A DNA stretch of 64,000 bases from a virus (IMGVR_UViG_3300033073_001881:1-64000), one strand, 5' to 3'; positions 6,481 to 16,330 are shown, counted from the stretch's first letter. Translations and numbers: made by a program. The notes: generated from the letters alone by a model not told the origin.

Positions 6481-8958
6481 TCATCCGCACTTGCTACTGC
6501 CACAGTTGGGGCAGAATAGGCACCCTTCTTGATAGACGAGTTCTCCTTGATTGCAGTTTTGGCAAGTTTTACCATTTGATTTAGTTCCGTCCTTAATATA
6601 ACCCTTTAGCACCCTAGAGATCACTTTTGCAAATGAAAACATATCGCTATTTTTATCTTTTTGTAACTGTTCTACGACATACTGTAGAGGAACTTCATGT
6701 CGAAGAGCAAGTGATATTGTTCTTGTAAAAGACCCCTGAGTTGGATTGTCGAAGATATTAACAATGTCCTTGAAAACTAGCTTTTCATCAGGAACCTCTA
6801 AATTATAGGTAGCATTATTTCCCCTCTTATTATTTTTAATAAGAAGTCCTGACTTGTATCGCTTAGGAATGTCAATATTTTGTGGAATTCCGCAAAAAAC
6901 CTCATAAGGCTTTCCTTCATTTAATCCAACAAGAACCAGCCAATTTTCAAATTGATCACCATTTCTGATAGATGCACGATGAATGTCACAATTTAAAGAC
7001 TTTGGTCTTTTAGGAACTGCTCTATCTGAGGACTTTTTCTCAACGGGGGCATCCGAAGAAACCAGAACGCCTGTTCTACAGCCATCTCGATAAACAGTAA
7101 ATCCTTTGCAACCTGATTTCCATGCTCTCTTATAGACGTCAGCGACAATTTCCTTTGTTGCATTTGATGGAAGATTGCAAGTTTTTGAAATAGCATGATC
7201 AACCCATTCCTGCGCTGCCGCCTGAATATCTACCGATTTAACCCAATCAATATCATTAGCAGTCGCTCCCCAATATGGACTTTCTTCAGGGTTTGTTTTT
7301 CCAGTCGCGTCCATCCACATCTTAAATCCACGATGATAAACGGTGTATTCTTGCCATTTATCACCAAGATCATCTACGAAATCCACTCTGGATGTGAGAT
7401 CACCTTGAGTGATTTTGCGACGACGCTTATAGAATAGAAGGAAAGCAGGTTCAATGCCCGATGTGGTTCTTGTTAAACAAGAAACTGAACCCACAGGCGC
7501 AGTTGTAGTGTTGGCAATATTTCTACGACCCGTGCTTTTCCACATCTGAATTGCAATATCACCATAATGCTTGGCGACATTGTTCATAATTTTGTTTGCA
7601 TAATCATGATTGCTTTCAAGGGCGTAATCATAAACTGCAAACGGACCGCGTTCTTTCGCCATTACAAGAGATGACCAGTGAGATCCTGCCGATAAGAATT
7701 CATAAATCTTTGAGGTTTCATCTATTGATTTCGTAGTTCCATATTTAATTCCCAAAGCCGCCAGAGCGTCACCCAAGGCAGTAATTCCAAGACCGGTTCG
7801 CCTTCCTTTAAGTGCAGCGTCTTTAATCTTTTTCCAAAGATCTAATTCAATTCGTTTAACATGGGCAGGTTCGGGGTCATTTTCGACCTTTTCAAGGATA
7901 CGATCAATACATTCAATTTCAAGATCGACAAGGTCGTCCATAAGTCGTTGGGATTTTTCTGCTATTTTTCTAAATTCTTCATAATCAAATGTTGCATTTG
8001 GCATGAAGGGATTTTTAACGAAGCTTAAAAGATTAATGACCAAAAGGCGACAAGAATCATATGCTGAAAGAGGAATCTCACCGCATGGATTTGTGCTTAA
8101 AGTTTTAAACCCGAATTTACTGTAAAGATCGGGAATACTGTTCTTTGTAATCGTATCCCAAAAGAGGGCACCAGGTTCTGCCATTGTCCATGCAGCATCA
8201 ACGAATTTGTTCCAAATTTGTCTTGCTTTTACCTGCTTTGTAAATTTTGCAGTTTCTGGAGATTCTTCAATCGGCCAACGAAGAATGAAGTCAGTATCAT
8301 TTTCAACTGCTTTCATAAATTCATCAGTCCAACGAATTGATATATTAGCGCCGGTGACCTTCTTCAAGTCGCGCTTGATGTCAATAAAAGTTTCGACTTC
8401 TGGATGGCGACAATCAAGAGAAATCATGCGAGCACCACGGCGTCCGCCTTGCGCTACCTCTCTTGTCGAATTACTCCATCTTTCTACGAATACGCCAATA
8501 CCGTCAGTTGTTCTGGCTGCGTTGGAAGTTGCCATATTTTTTGGACGAATTGGGGATGCGTCACCGCCAACTCCACCGCGTCTCTTCATGATCTGAATTT
8601 GCTCTTGATCATGATGCAAAATACCAGCATAAGAATCGTGAGGAGAATCAATAACAAAGCAATTTGAGATACTTTGAATCTGATAAGGATTTCCAATACC
8701 TGACATTGGTGATCCTTGAGGAATTACGTATCTAAAATCCTTAAATAGATTAAAGATCTCCTCTTCAGACATTGGGTTTGGATATTTTGATTCTATTCTT
8801 GCAAATTCTTTTGAAAGTCTTCGATGCATATCGTTAGGACTTTTTTCTATAAGATTGTCATTCTGATCTTTTAATGCATATTTCATAAAAACATCAGGTG
8901 CAAGCTCATCATTCTCAAAATATTCATTTAAGTGTTTAGTAATACTCTCAACTTCCAT
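6481..8958 (-). CDS. nrdJ: Class II (B12-dependent) ribonucleotide reductase with TSCPD and Zn-ribbon C-terminus
   Basis: PQGSPMSG, ISNCFV, RRGGVG, TNPCGE, RRTGLG, TTAPVGSVS, DHAISKTCN, GCKGFTVYRDG; C-terminal CQNC...CLFCPNCGSSKC. Confidence 0.95.
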   Translation of the reverse strand: MEVESITKHLNEYFENDELAPDVFMKYALKDQNDNLIEKSPNDMHRRLSKEFARIESKYPNPMSEEEIFNLFKDFRYVIPQGSPMSGIGNPYQIQSISNCFVIDSPHDSYAGILHHDQEQIQIMKRRGGVGGDASPIRPKNMATSNAARTTDGIGVFVERWSNSTREVAQGGRRGARMISLDCRHPEVETFIDIKRDLKKVTGANISIRWTDEFMKAVENDTDFILRWPIEESPETAKFTKQVKARQIWNKFVDAAWTMAEPGALFWDTITKNSIPDLYSKFGFKTLSTNPCGEIPLSAYDSCRLLVINLLSFVKNPFMPNATFDYEEFRKIAEKSQRLMDDLVDLEIECIDRILEKVENDPEPAHVKRIELDLWKKIKDAALKGRRTGLGITALGDALAALGIKYGTTKSIDETSKIYEFLSAGSHWSSLVMAKERGPFAVYDYALESNHDYANKIMNNVAKHYGDIAIQMWKSTGRRNIANTTTAPVGSVSCLTRTTSGIEPAFLLFYKRRRKITQGDLTSRVDFVDDLGDKWQEYTVYHRGFKMWMDATGKTNPEESPYWGATANDIDWVKSVDIQAAAQEWVDHAISKTCNLPSNATKEIVADVYKRAWKSGCKGFTVYRDGCRTGVLVSSDAPVEKKSSDRAVPKRPKSLNCDIHRASIRNGDQFENWLVLVGLNEGKPYEVFCGIPQNIDIPKRYKSGLLIKNNKRGNNATYNLEVPDEKLVFKDIVNIFDNPTQGSFTRTISLALRHEVPLQYVVEQLQKDKNSDMFSFAKVISRVLKGYIKDGTKSNGKTCQNCNQGELVYQEGCLFCPNCGSSKCG

Positions 8959-10345
8959 TAGCAGTTTTTCCTCCTACTACTTGTTTCCATTTTTCATTAA
9001 GTATATTCTTCTTCTTATTGTCGTCTTGTTTAAGCGCTTCCTGCAAATTCAATTCCTTTTCATCAAGGATTGTTATTGTAGATCGTGCTGTGTCAATGTG
9101 AATAGGAAAAAGAATTCCATCTTTACCTGCGCGATTTTTTGCTACATAAAGTCGACCTGCACCTGTCGCTTTTTCAAATGCTTTTCTTGATAGAGACAAA
9201 ACAACATCTGCAACCTGCGCTTTACCGTAAGCCTCAGACATATTATCAAGTCCTACAACTTCGCTATCTGCAGCTGCTCTATTGGATTGAGATGCAGTCC
9301 AGATAGGAATGTTCTTTTCTTTGGCAAAGGCACGAAGCTCTTCATAAATTAGCTTTAATTCAAGACGAAGAGCATCATATTCACGACTAGAACGCATAAT
9401 ATCAGCATAATCGATAATCACGACATTAGGTGTAAAACCTCGCAATAATAGCTTTTCAATGTGACCTCGAAGCGTATTAACAGTAGCAGTTCCTGTAGGG
9501 TACTCTTTAATGATAAGACGACCAAGTTCCATTTCCTTGTATTTATCAAGGACAATTTCTTTTGAGTCGGGAATTTCGGTAGATTCTATTTGTGTGAGAC
9601 AAGAATCATATCTAATTCCTACTGCTGTTTCAGATAGCTCGAAAGTATAATGAACAACATTCTTACCCATTTTTAATGCATGGGCCCCAAATTGAACAAG
9701 CGTATGTGATTTGCCGACTCCGGTTGGAGCTACGACAACGCCTAATTCACCTTTTCCAAGACCACCATTTAAAATTCTTTTTTCGTCGAGCTGCGCAAGA
9801 CCAGTTGGACAAGCAAGTCGATTGATTTTTACAAATCGAGCTTCAGCATCTTCAAAGAAATCATGACCAACTGAGGTTGGTAATCCAACCGATACCGCTT
9901 TTCGCAATACATCGACGACACTATCATATTTGTCTGTAGAAATAAGATCGACAGATTTTTCTAGCGCATCACGCATTGCCTGCTTACGACAGAAATCGAG
10001 AGACTTCTCCTTAACATAAGCAATATCTCCGATATTTGGATTAGTTTGAATTCTCTTAAAGTATTCAATAATCTGTTCACGAAGAACAGCGTTAGAAGGT
10101 TCCTTTAGTTCTTCCTTGATGATTGTGATCATCAGTTGAAGAGTCGGAAAACACTTGTATTTGTCGTAGTACTTGAAATATTTGTCAGTCAGGTATGCAA
10201 GATATTTCAAATCGAAGTAATTTGGATTCATCACTTCGTTAAGCTGGGCTGCCCATTCATGGTCGGAAATTAATCCTTGAAAGATTTTTTCTTGAAAAGA
10301 TTTTCCATACTGTTTGAATAATGCTTCGCCTGGTGTTTCGCTCAT
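8948..10345 (-). CDS. dnaB: Replicative DNA helicase (DnaB / T4 gp41-like, SF4)
   Basis: Walker A APTGVGKS, YTFELSE, VIIDYADIM, WTASQSNR, KNRAGKDG. Confidence 0.92.
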   Translation of the reverse strand: MSETPGEALFKQYGKSFQEKIFQGLISDHEWAAQLNEVMNPNYFDLKYLAYLTDKYFKYYDKYKCFPTLQLMITIIKEELKEPSNAVLREQIIEYFKRIQTNPNIGDIAYVKEKSLDFCRKQAMRDALEKSVDLISTDKYDSVVDVLRKAVSVGLPTSVGHDFFEDAEARFVKINRLACPTGLAQLDEKRILNGGLGKGELGVVVAPTGVGKSHTLVQFGAHALKMGKNVVHYTFELSETAVGIRYDSCLTQIESTEIPDSKEIVLDKYKEMELGRLIIKEYPTGTATVNTLRGHIEKLLLRGFTPNVVIIDYADIMRSSREYDALRLELKLIYEELRAFAKEKNIPIWTASQSNRAAADSEVVGLDNMSEAYGKAQVADVVLSLSRKAFEKATGAGRLYVAKNRAGKDGILFPIHIDTARSTITILDEKELNLQEALKQDDNKKKNILNEKWKQVVGGKTANGS

Positions 10346-11302
10346 TTATTTCCTCTTGAGGCTTAAATTAATATTGAAAAACAATCGATCAACATCAAAT
10401 GTTTTTATGCCAACTTTTAGAAGAGATCTAATAAAATCAAGTTTTTTTGATTCTGGAAGTGGCATTTCCACTATTCCATTAACCTTAGATACTTGATTAC
10501 CGCTGAGATTAGAAGTATCCAATCTCATTAACCTCCAATTCATTTTACCCAAATCTTTGTTTTTTTTCACAAGATCATAGAACTTAGATTTACCTAATTT
10601 TGTTTCAGCATAACTAACTATGTTGTCAATATCAACTTCATCCTCCTCAGCGAGTTGTGGAAACTTTTTTATCATTGTCTTCAGGCCAAGACCCTTAATT
10701 CCTTGAAGAGCGTCAGAAGCATCACCACAAAAGCATCTTGCAACCAAAAAATTGTGTGGCCAAATTCCGAATCTTTCTTTTACAGAATCACGAGTCACTA
10801 TCTTTTTTAATGTTGGTGACCAGACTTTTATTCTATCATCTATCAACTGATAATAGTCATGATCAGAAGAAACAATCAAAACATTTCTATCTGAATAAGA
10901 ATACTTAGACAAGTATCCAATAACATCGTCAGCTTCGCAATCTGACACGTACACCTGCTTTAGTGGCAATTGCATTAAAAGATGAATGAGTAATTTAATT
11001 TGCCAATTTCTGTTTTCTACTGTGTCTGGAATATCGCCTTCATAAAATCTATTAAGTTTAGCAGGTCTTCTTTTCTCCTTGTAATCTGGGCAAATATTTC
11101 TTCGTCTTGTAGAACCTCCCCCTTCCCAAACTACGACACAGTCATTTGGGGTATGACTGTGTAATAGATTGCTTAATGTTTGTAAAAAACCAATAACTCC
11201 GCCGACATGCTGACCTTCTACCATTAATGGGTTCGCGCTAAAATTTCTAATAAAGACATTGTATGCGTCGATCAGCATAATCGACTTGGAGTTATTTTGC
11301 AT
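10346..11302 (-). CDS. 5'-3' exonuclease / flap endonuclease (T4 RNase H, PolA N-terminal-like)
   Basis: LIDAYNVFIR, VVWEGG, YKEKR, EADDVIG, SSDHDYYQL, GDASDALQGIKGLGLKT (H3TH). Confidence 0.92.
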   Translation of the reverse strand: MQNNSKSIMLIDAYNVFIRNFSANPLMVEGQHVGGVIGFLQTLSNLLHSHTPNDCVVVWEGGGSTRRRNICPDYKEKRRPAKLNRFYEGDIPDTVENRNWQIKLLIHLLMQLPLKQVYVSDCEADDVIGYLSKYSYSDRNVLIVSSDHDYYQLIDDRIKVWSPTLKKIVTRDSVKERFGIWPHNFLVARCFCGDASDALQGIKGLGLKTMIKKFPQLAEEDEVDIDNIVSYAETKLGKSKFYDLVKKNKDLGKMNWRLMRLDTSNLSGNQVSKVNGIVEMPLPESKKLDFIRSLLKVGIKTFDVDRLFFNINLSLKRK

Positions 11303-11305
11303 TTA

Positions 11306-12526
11306 TCAATCCTCTGGATTGATATCATATCCAGATTCAGTTAAATGTTCTGCAAGGCTCCGCATTTCCTCATAAGACTCTGCATCAATGTCAATATCAT
11401 TTGCTGATGCGATATTTCTTACAAGAGCCTTTTCAATCAGACCATCAATCCAAGATGCATATTGTGGATCTTTCATGATAGCGCCAAATTCAGGTTTATG
11501 GAATGCTTTGTTAATAATCTCAGTTCCACCAGCATCTTTTACAATAAGCTTTTTCCAGGAACCTGTTCCTTCAATAACAACAGCGTGATCATTGATAGTT
11601 GCTTCTCCAAATTCTCGAAGAACATCAAAAATCTCTTCATGTTCAAAAATTCCTCTACCAAAATGAATTTGGAAGTTTGCTGATCCGAAAGGAGGAGCTA
11701 CTTTATTTTTGATGATCTTGGCGGAAACATTGATACCAATTACGTTGTCATTGCTATCCTTAATCTGAGATCCGGCTCCAAGCTTGATTCTTACCGATGC
11801 ATGGAAAGGAATAGCATTTCCACCAGGCACAGCGGTTGGATCACCATACATTACACCGATTTTAGTTCTAACCTGATTTAGACAAACCAGCAAAACATTT
11901 TGATCGCCAATGACGCCTGTTATTTTTCTCATTCCTTTAGAAAGAACACGAGCCTGAAGACCAATTGTGTCTTTATCGTAATTTCCTTCTAATTCTGCCT
12001 TTGGCGAAGAAGCCGCAACAGAGTCCCAAACAATAGTTACAGGAACATCTTTCTGTAGAGCTTTAGCTTTAAGAATAGTTTTCTCAGCAATATCAAAAAC
12101 TTCTTCTGTGCAATGAGTATCGACATAAACAAATCTCTTGTAAATATCGACGCCAAGATGCTGAAGATTTTCTGGGTTGGTTGCATTTTCAGTGTCTATA
12201 TAAACAGCAATTCCTCCCATCTTCTGAGTAGATCTGCATATCTGGGCTGCAAGGTGTGATTTTCCAATTGATGGAGGACCAAAAATCTCTACGATTCTAC
12301 CTTCAGGAAGGCCACCATTCTTTTTATTTGCAATTCGATAGTCTAAAAATTTAGAACCTGTTGAAATCCATCGCTTAACATGGGTTGGAGATTGATCAGT
12401 TCCAAGATTATAAGCGACTCTATGACCAATGTCTTTATTTAATGAGTTAATTAGATCAGCTGTAAAATTGGAATCAGATGATTGTGTTTCAGGGGTCGTG
12501 TCTAATGTTTTTGATTTTTTCGCCAT
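11306..12526 (-). CDS. recA: RecA/UvsX recombinase
   Basis: GRIVEIFGPPSIGKS, YIDTENA, IVWDSVA, NQVRTKIGVMYGDPTAVPGGNAIPFHAS, KNKVAPPF. Confidence 0.95.
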   Translation of the reverse strand: MAKKSKTLDTTPETQSSDSNFTADLINSLNKDIGHRVAYNLGTDQSPTHVKRWISTGSKFLDYRIANKKNGGLPEGRIVEIFGPPSIGKSHLAAQICRSTQKMGGIAVYIDTENATNPENLQHLGVDIYKRFVYVDTHCTEEVFDIAEKTILKAKALQKDVPVTIVWDSVAASSPKAELEGNYDKDTIGLQARVLSKGMRKITGVIGDQNVLLVCLNQVRTKIGVMYGDPTAVPGGNAIPFHASVRIKLGAGSQIKDSNDNVIGINVSAKIIKNKVAPPFGSANFQIHFGRGIFEHEEIFDVLREFGEATINDHAVVIEGTGSWKKLIVKDAGGTEIINKAFHKPEFGAIMKDPQYASWIDGLIEKALVRNIASANDIDIDAESYEEMRSLAEHLTESGYDINPED

Positions 12527-12543
12527 TTTGATCTCCTGTCATC

Positions 12544-12552
12544 ATTTTATCA
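12544..12552 (-). promoter_or_regulatory. Extended -10 promoter upstream of recA
   Basis: TG-A-TAAAAT on the minus strand, same TATGATAAAAT context as at 4089-4099. Confidence 0.5.
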
Positions 12553-12568
12553 TATTCAGAAAAGTGTA

Positions 12569-12595
12569 TCACCCAGGAGGGTTACTCCTGGGTGA
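12569..12595. terminator. Intrinsic terminator hairpin after the SSB gene (possibly bidirectional)
   Basis: 11-bp perfect stem TCACCCAGGAG/CTCCTGGGTGA, 5-nt loop, T-rich flanks. Confidence 0.75.
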
Positions 12596-12620
12596 GTTTT
12601 TTAATGATGTTTAAAGATTA

Positions 12621-13520
12621 TCAGTCTTCAAGTTCACTAAATGCGTCATTTAGTTCATCAAGGCTTGTGGATTTCTTTGTCTTAGGCTTTGACTTGGAAA
12701 GTTCAACGAAAGGATCTTCCTCTTCCTTAGAAGCAGCCTTCTTAGCAGGCTTCTTGACAGGAACCTCCTCTTCCTCCTCTTCAACTACCACTTTCTTGAC
12801 AGGCTTCTTGACAGGAACCTCCTCTTCCTCTTCCTCTGCAGGAGTCTCTTCATTTTTCTTTGGAGGATTGAGCCAATCATTTACTCGCTTTTCAATCTGT
12901 TCTGAAGTGAGAAGAACATCATAATCAGAAACAGCAGGAATGTTGTTAAGCCACTGCTTAGCCTGGGCTTGATCCTTAGATAGAGGAGTCACAACAGGAC
13001 GAGGAGTAAATTTGGTATCAGAATAAGATTTCTTTGGATCCTTGGTGCAGCTTACCTTTAGATCACGACCAGTATCAGGATCAGTGATATCTCCATAATC
13101 GCTATCAAGCATTAGATTCAAAAGATCCTGATAAATGTTCTTACCAAAGGACCAGTGTCGTACGCCTTTATCCTCTTCACCTCGAACAATCACAGCAGCT
13201 GTGGTTCGCATTTTTGGATAAAGCTTCTTGCAAAGCTCACGAGATTCTGGGGTGTTATCCTCACGAAGCTTGGTAATAAGATCCTGAATAGGATCAGGCT
13301 TTCCGAACTGGGAAGGAGCAAGGATAGAGCCAGCCTTCTCACCACCAATTCCGTAGTAGTACCAACGATCAATGAATGGACTACCATCATTGTTTGGAAA
13401 GGAGATGATTCGGACCTGATATTCTTTACCCTCTTCAGGGCGCCATGTAATGTTGGATTTCTTGTTTTGTCCAGAGATCTGTCCGAGCTTTTTACGAATT
13501 GCGTCAAAATCGATAGCCAT
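12621..13520 (-). CDS. Single-stranded DNA-binding protein (T4 gp32-like)
   Basis: MAIDFDAIRKKL start (ATG 13520), W.P..GKEYQVRI, aromatic-rich core, DITDPDTGRDLKVS, long acidic C-terminal tail; adjacent to recA. Confidence 0.8.
   Translation of the reverse strand: MAIDFDAIRKKLGQISGQNKKSNITWRPEEGKEYQVRIISFPNNDGSPFIDRWYYYGIGGEKAGSILAPSQFGKPDPIQDLITKLREDNTPESRELCKKLYPKMRTTAAVIVRGEEDKGVRHWSFGKNIYQDLLNLMLDSDYGDITDPDTGRDLKVSCTKDPKKSYSDTKFTPRPVVTPLSKDQAQAKQWLNNIPAVSDYDVLLTSEQIEKRVNDWLNPPKKNEETPAEEEEEEVPVKKPVKKVVVEEEEEEVPVKKPAKKAASKEEEDPFVELSKSKPKTKKSTSLDELNDAFSELED
12747..12830 (-). repeat. 30-bp direct repeat (54-bp period) in the SSB acidic tail
   Basis: AGGCTTCTTGACAGGAACCTCCTCTTCCTC at 12747-12776 and 12801-12830 (EEEEEEVPVKKP twice). 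Confidence 0.85.
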
Positions 13521-13614
13521 TTTGTTTTTTCCTTTTTTGTTAGTTGTTTGACTGATTTTTAGTTTGATTAAGCGTCTCCCCTCAACCAAACCTCTTTGTG
13601 TTTACCACATTGAG

Positions 13615-13643
13615 ACTTTAATAAACTTTATTATTTTGTTCAA
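13615..13643 (-). promoter_or_regulatory. Sigma70-type promoter for the replication cluster
   Basis: TTGAAC(13643-13638)-17 nt-TAAAGT(13620-13615). Confidence 0.55.
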
Positions 13644-13645
13644 TA

Positions 13646-14008
13646 CTAAGGACGCATTTGCGCATAGTGCTTAATTGCGTCTTTTTTATTTTTTACTGGA
13701 GATGTCGCGCCGCCAAAAGATTTTGACAAAGAAACAATTTGGTCAATGTACCTTTGCTCGACAGAGCGAATATATGGATCTCTATCATCGATAATACCAT
13801 CGAAGTCTTTATCCATCATTGCGCCAAGAGAACAACCAAGTACCGTTGAGGCCTCTTTAATCTTTCTTTTCTTTTTACGACCAGGATGAACCACTTCAGC
13901 GCCTAAAGGTAGGCTTACCCCTGCAATGGAGGCAACACCTGAGAATTCGTCGATAGAATCGACTTCTTCCACAAATTCTCTAATAAGCTCTAAAAGTAAT
14001 TCATCCAT
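13646..14008 (-). CDS. Hypothetical protein with N-terminal L..LIREFVEE helix
   Basis: 120-aa ORF; ATAATTA motif 5 nt upstream of the ATG. Confidence 0.7.
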   Translation of the reverse strand: MDELLLELIREFVEEVDSIDEFSGVASIAGVSLPLGAEVVHPGRKKKRKIKEASTVLGCSLGAMMDKDFDGIIDDRDPYIRSVEQRYIDQIVSLSKSFGGATSPVKNKKDAIKHYAQMRP

Positions 14009-14016
14009 AATGTTAA

Positions 14017-14607
14017 TTATTCTCTTCCCGTTTTTCTTTCAACCCAATTTTTAGCTTGCATTAAAAGAATTGCAAGATCGTTTTCGTTATAAAGATAAAA
14101 ACGATTTTCTTCTTTTGCCTGACCATTGCAGAGCAAAATAGCAAGCCATTCATCTTGTGTAAGTTTCACACCAAATTCTTGCAATAGAAACAAAGATCTA
14201 TGTGGCGTAGACATCTTTTGAATTTTTTCATTGAACTTGTATAGACGTCCCTGTTTTACATGCCAATCGGAGTCGTGGGGAAATAGTAGCTCTTCCTGTT
14301 GATCTCCAATCATACCGATATAGTGAAAAAGACCAACAACCCCAATGCTCTTATTTGAAATATTCATTTCCATAGCATCACGAATTGCAATCATTTTCGT
14401 TGTTATTTCAAGACTGTAATCTAACAACCCACCAGGTCTAGACCAATTGCTTGATTGCATAACAGTAGCCGGGCACATGACGATTCTTTCACCAAAAACA
14501 TTCAGAAAATTTTCTATAGATTCAAGATTGTTTTCATCATTTGAAAACAACTTCTTCGCAAATTTAGTGAATTTTTTCATTGAATTTTCAAGTTCTTCAG
14601 CCGACAT
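14017..14607 (-). CDS. HD-domain-like protein with degenerate metal ligands
   Basis: HD-family context motifs PGGLLDYS, GLFHYIG, RSLFLLQEFG, WLAILLCNG, with expected His/Asp ligands replaced. Confidence 0.65.
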   Translation of the reverse strand: MSAEELENSMKKFTKFAKKLFSNDENNLESIENFLNVFGERIVMCPATVMQSSNWSRPGGLLDYSLEITTKMIAIRDAMEMNISNKSIGVVGLFHYIGMIGDQQEELLFPHDSDWHVKQGRLYKFNEKIQKMSTPHRSLFLLQEFGVKLTQDEWLAILLCNGQAKEENRFYLYNENDLAILLMQAKNWVERKTGRE

Positions 14608-14647
14608 TTTTCTCTCCTATTTAATTGTAGGAAAAAAATGAGAATGT

Positions 14648-15184
14648 TTAGATCTTGTGTTTAGTTAGAATTCTTATTTCACAATCTTTTAAAATTTTAT
14701 TTCCTTCTTCATTCACTTCTTTTTTTGCATAAAGAGCAACGATATCCGTGCTTTCAAATTTAACCTTTTTTCTTAGTGAGCCTGCGAGGAGTGCCGCTTT
14801 TATATATCGAGGTGCTCTATGTGGGCTGATCGCTGTATTTTCAGCGTCTATATAACTTAATTTAACAGTGACCACATTTCCTGTCTTTTTAATTTCATCA
14901 AAGGCTTCGCCCATAACAGGATTTTTCAAAACGCTTTCTAAGAATGCGTATACGCTTGTAGACGCTCTTCCGTCTGTTTTATCTTGATAATCTAACACAC
15001 CTAAAGATTTAAGAACCTGCTCAGGTTTTTTAACGACAATTCCTTTAAGGATTTCTCTAACATCGTTAGGAATGTTTCCAGATCTAATTCTGTAAAAGCC
15101 TTCATCGTCAGCTTCATCAGCAGTTGCTTTTATTTCTGAAATAATTTTTTTCGTATAATGACTTATGAATTCTTTGACTTCCAT
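14648..15184 (-). CDS. Hypothetical protein
   Basis: Long ORF; ATG 15184 preceded by GAGGT. Confidence 0.7.
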   Translation of the reverse strand: MEVKEFISHYTKKIISEIKATADEADDEGFYRIRSGNIPNDVREILKGIVVKKPEQVLKSLGVLDYQDKTDGRASTSVYAFLESVLKNPVMGEAFDEIKKTGNVVTVKLSYIDAENTAISPHRAPRYIKAALLAGSLRKKVKFESTDIVALYAKKEVNEEGNKILKDCEIRILTKHKI

Positions 15185-15202
15185 AAAGTACCTCAAATAT
15201 AT

Positions 15203-16330
15203 CTATTCCGCATCACAGAGTGATTTCAGAGATACTGGAAAATGTCCGTAAGGGGAAACCATTAGTCCCTCTTTGACAATATCAGAAATCAACCTGAGGT
15301 TATTTTCTGGAATATCAATGAAAAGAGCATCATGAACGAGAAAGAGAGGATCGGCTAAATTTTCAATCTTTTTTACAAGATCACTAAATCCAAGAAGACA
15401 AACATCTACAGCCGTAGATTGGACCCAGTGTGGAATAAGGTGTCGCTCCTCCTCAACATGCAGATTTCTTCCAAAGCCGTTCCTTCCTTCGCAATCAACG
15501 ATAGTTCGTAAAAGAGAATTTACTGCAAAGTGATTATGAATGTATCTTTTAAGATTGTCACTCATGTAATCATGTGAGCTTGCACCAAAGATAAAAGACA
15601 AGGTCGCGATCTTTGATTTTGCTCGAGTCTCTCCGGTAATATTCGCTATTTCTCCGTAGATGTCAATTTCAGATTTTCTGCCTGTTGCATAAAGAGCCAA
15701 ACGTGGTTCAAGACAAATGAAGTCGATAATATAAATTGATCCATTAGGATATCGAGATTTCAATATGCCTCTATTTTCTTTTGACAAGGTAAGAACTCGA
15801 GGACCTGATTTTACTGTGAGTCTTCCTGTTCTTGAACCATGACTATATCGAATTGGTTCACAATAAGATCCTGTTTTAGGAAGAAAAGAATTAAGATGTG
15901 TTCCACCGTCTATCAACGACCTAACTTTCATAGTATCTACACGAACAGGCTGTAGATGCTCAAAAACAGTTCTTCCTTTAATTAAGGTATCTACATACCC
16001 ATATGCTTCCATTTTTTCTACAATAGGAAGTAGAGACTCTCGATATTTTAAAAGATTTTTTTGAAGACCTTTTACACCGAGAGCTTTAAGCCAATTAACT
16101 TCCCTGTCACCAATAAAAGTCTGATAAACAGACTTCATTTCATCTGGAATGAGCTCTGGTAGCTTCGCATCAAAAGCAGTTGCCAAATCTTCTAAATTGG
16201 TTGCATTTACTTCTTCTGACCCGATCAGGTATGATTCATTTGGCAAATTTCTTGTAGCTCTAATAGAATCTCTTATCGTGATATAATTTTCATTGCCTGT
16301 TATTGCAGGCAATAGTGTAATTTGTCTCAT
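15203..16330 (-). CDS. Truncated family A DNA polymerase (polymerase core only, 375 aa)
   Basis: SRTGRL, motif A IIDFICLEPRL, motif B RAKSKIATLSFIFG, VQSTAVD, motif C LVHDALFID; no 3'-5' exonuclease motifs seen. Confidence 0.85.
   Translation of the reverse strand: MRQITLLPAITGNENYITIRDSIRATRNLPNESYLIGSEEVNATNLEDLATAFDAKLPELIPDEMKSVYQTFIGDREVNWLKALGVKGLQKNLLKYRESLLPIVEKMEAYGYVDTLIKGRTVFEHLQPVRVDTMKVRSLIDGGTHLNSFLPKTGSYCEPIRYSHGSRTGRLTVKSGPRVLTLSKENRGILKSRYPNGSIYIIDFICLEPRLALYATGRKSEIDIYGEIANITGETRAKSKIATLSFIFGASSHDYMSDNLKRYIHNHFAVNSLLRTIVDCEGRNGFGRNLHVEEERHLIPHWVQSTAVDVCLLGFSDLVKKIENLADPLFLVHDALFIDIPENNLRLISDIVKEGLMVSPYGHFPVSLKSLCDAE

Noticed and set aside
6432-6575. 48-aa N-terminal extension of ClpP
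   Set aside because: It overlaps the nrdJ Zn-ribbon coding region; ATG 6431 has a proper SD.
6481-12526. Inteins or group I introns in nrdJ, helicase, recA (also terminase)
   Set aside because: Lengths are normal, motifs are contiguous, and no intein ends or homing endonuclease motifs were seen.
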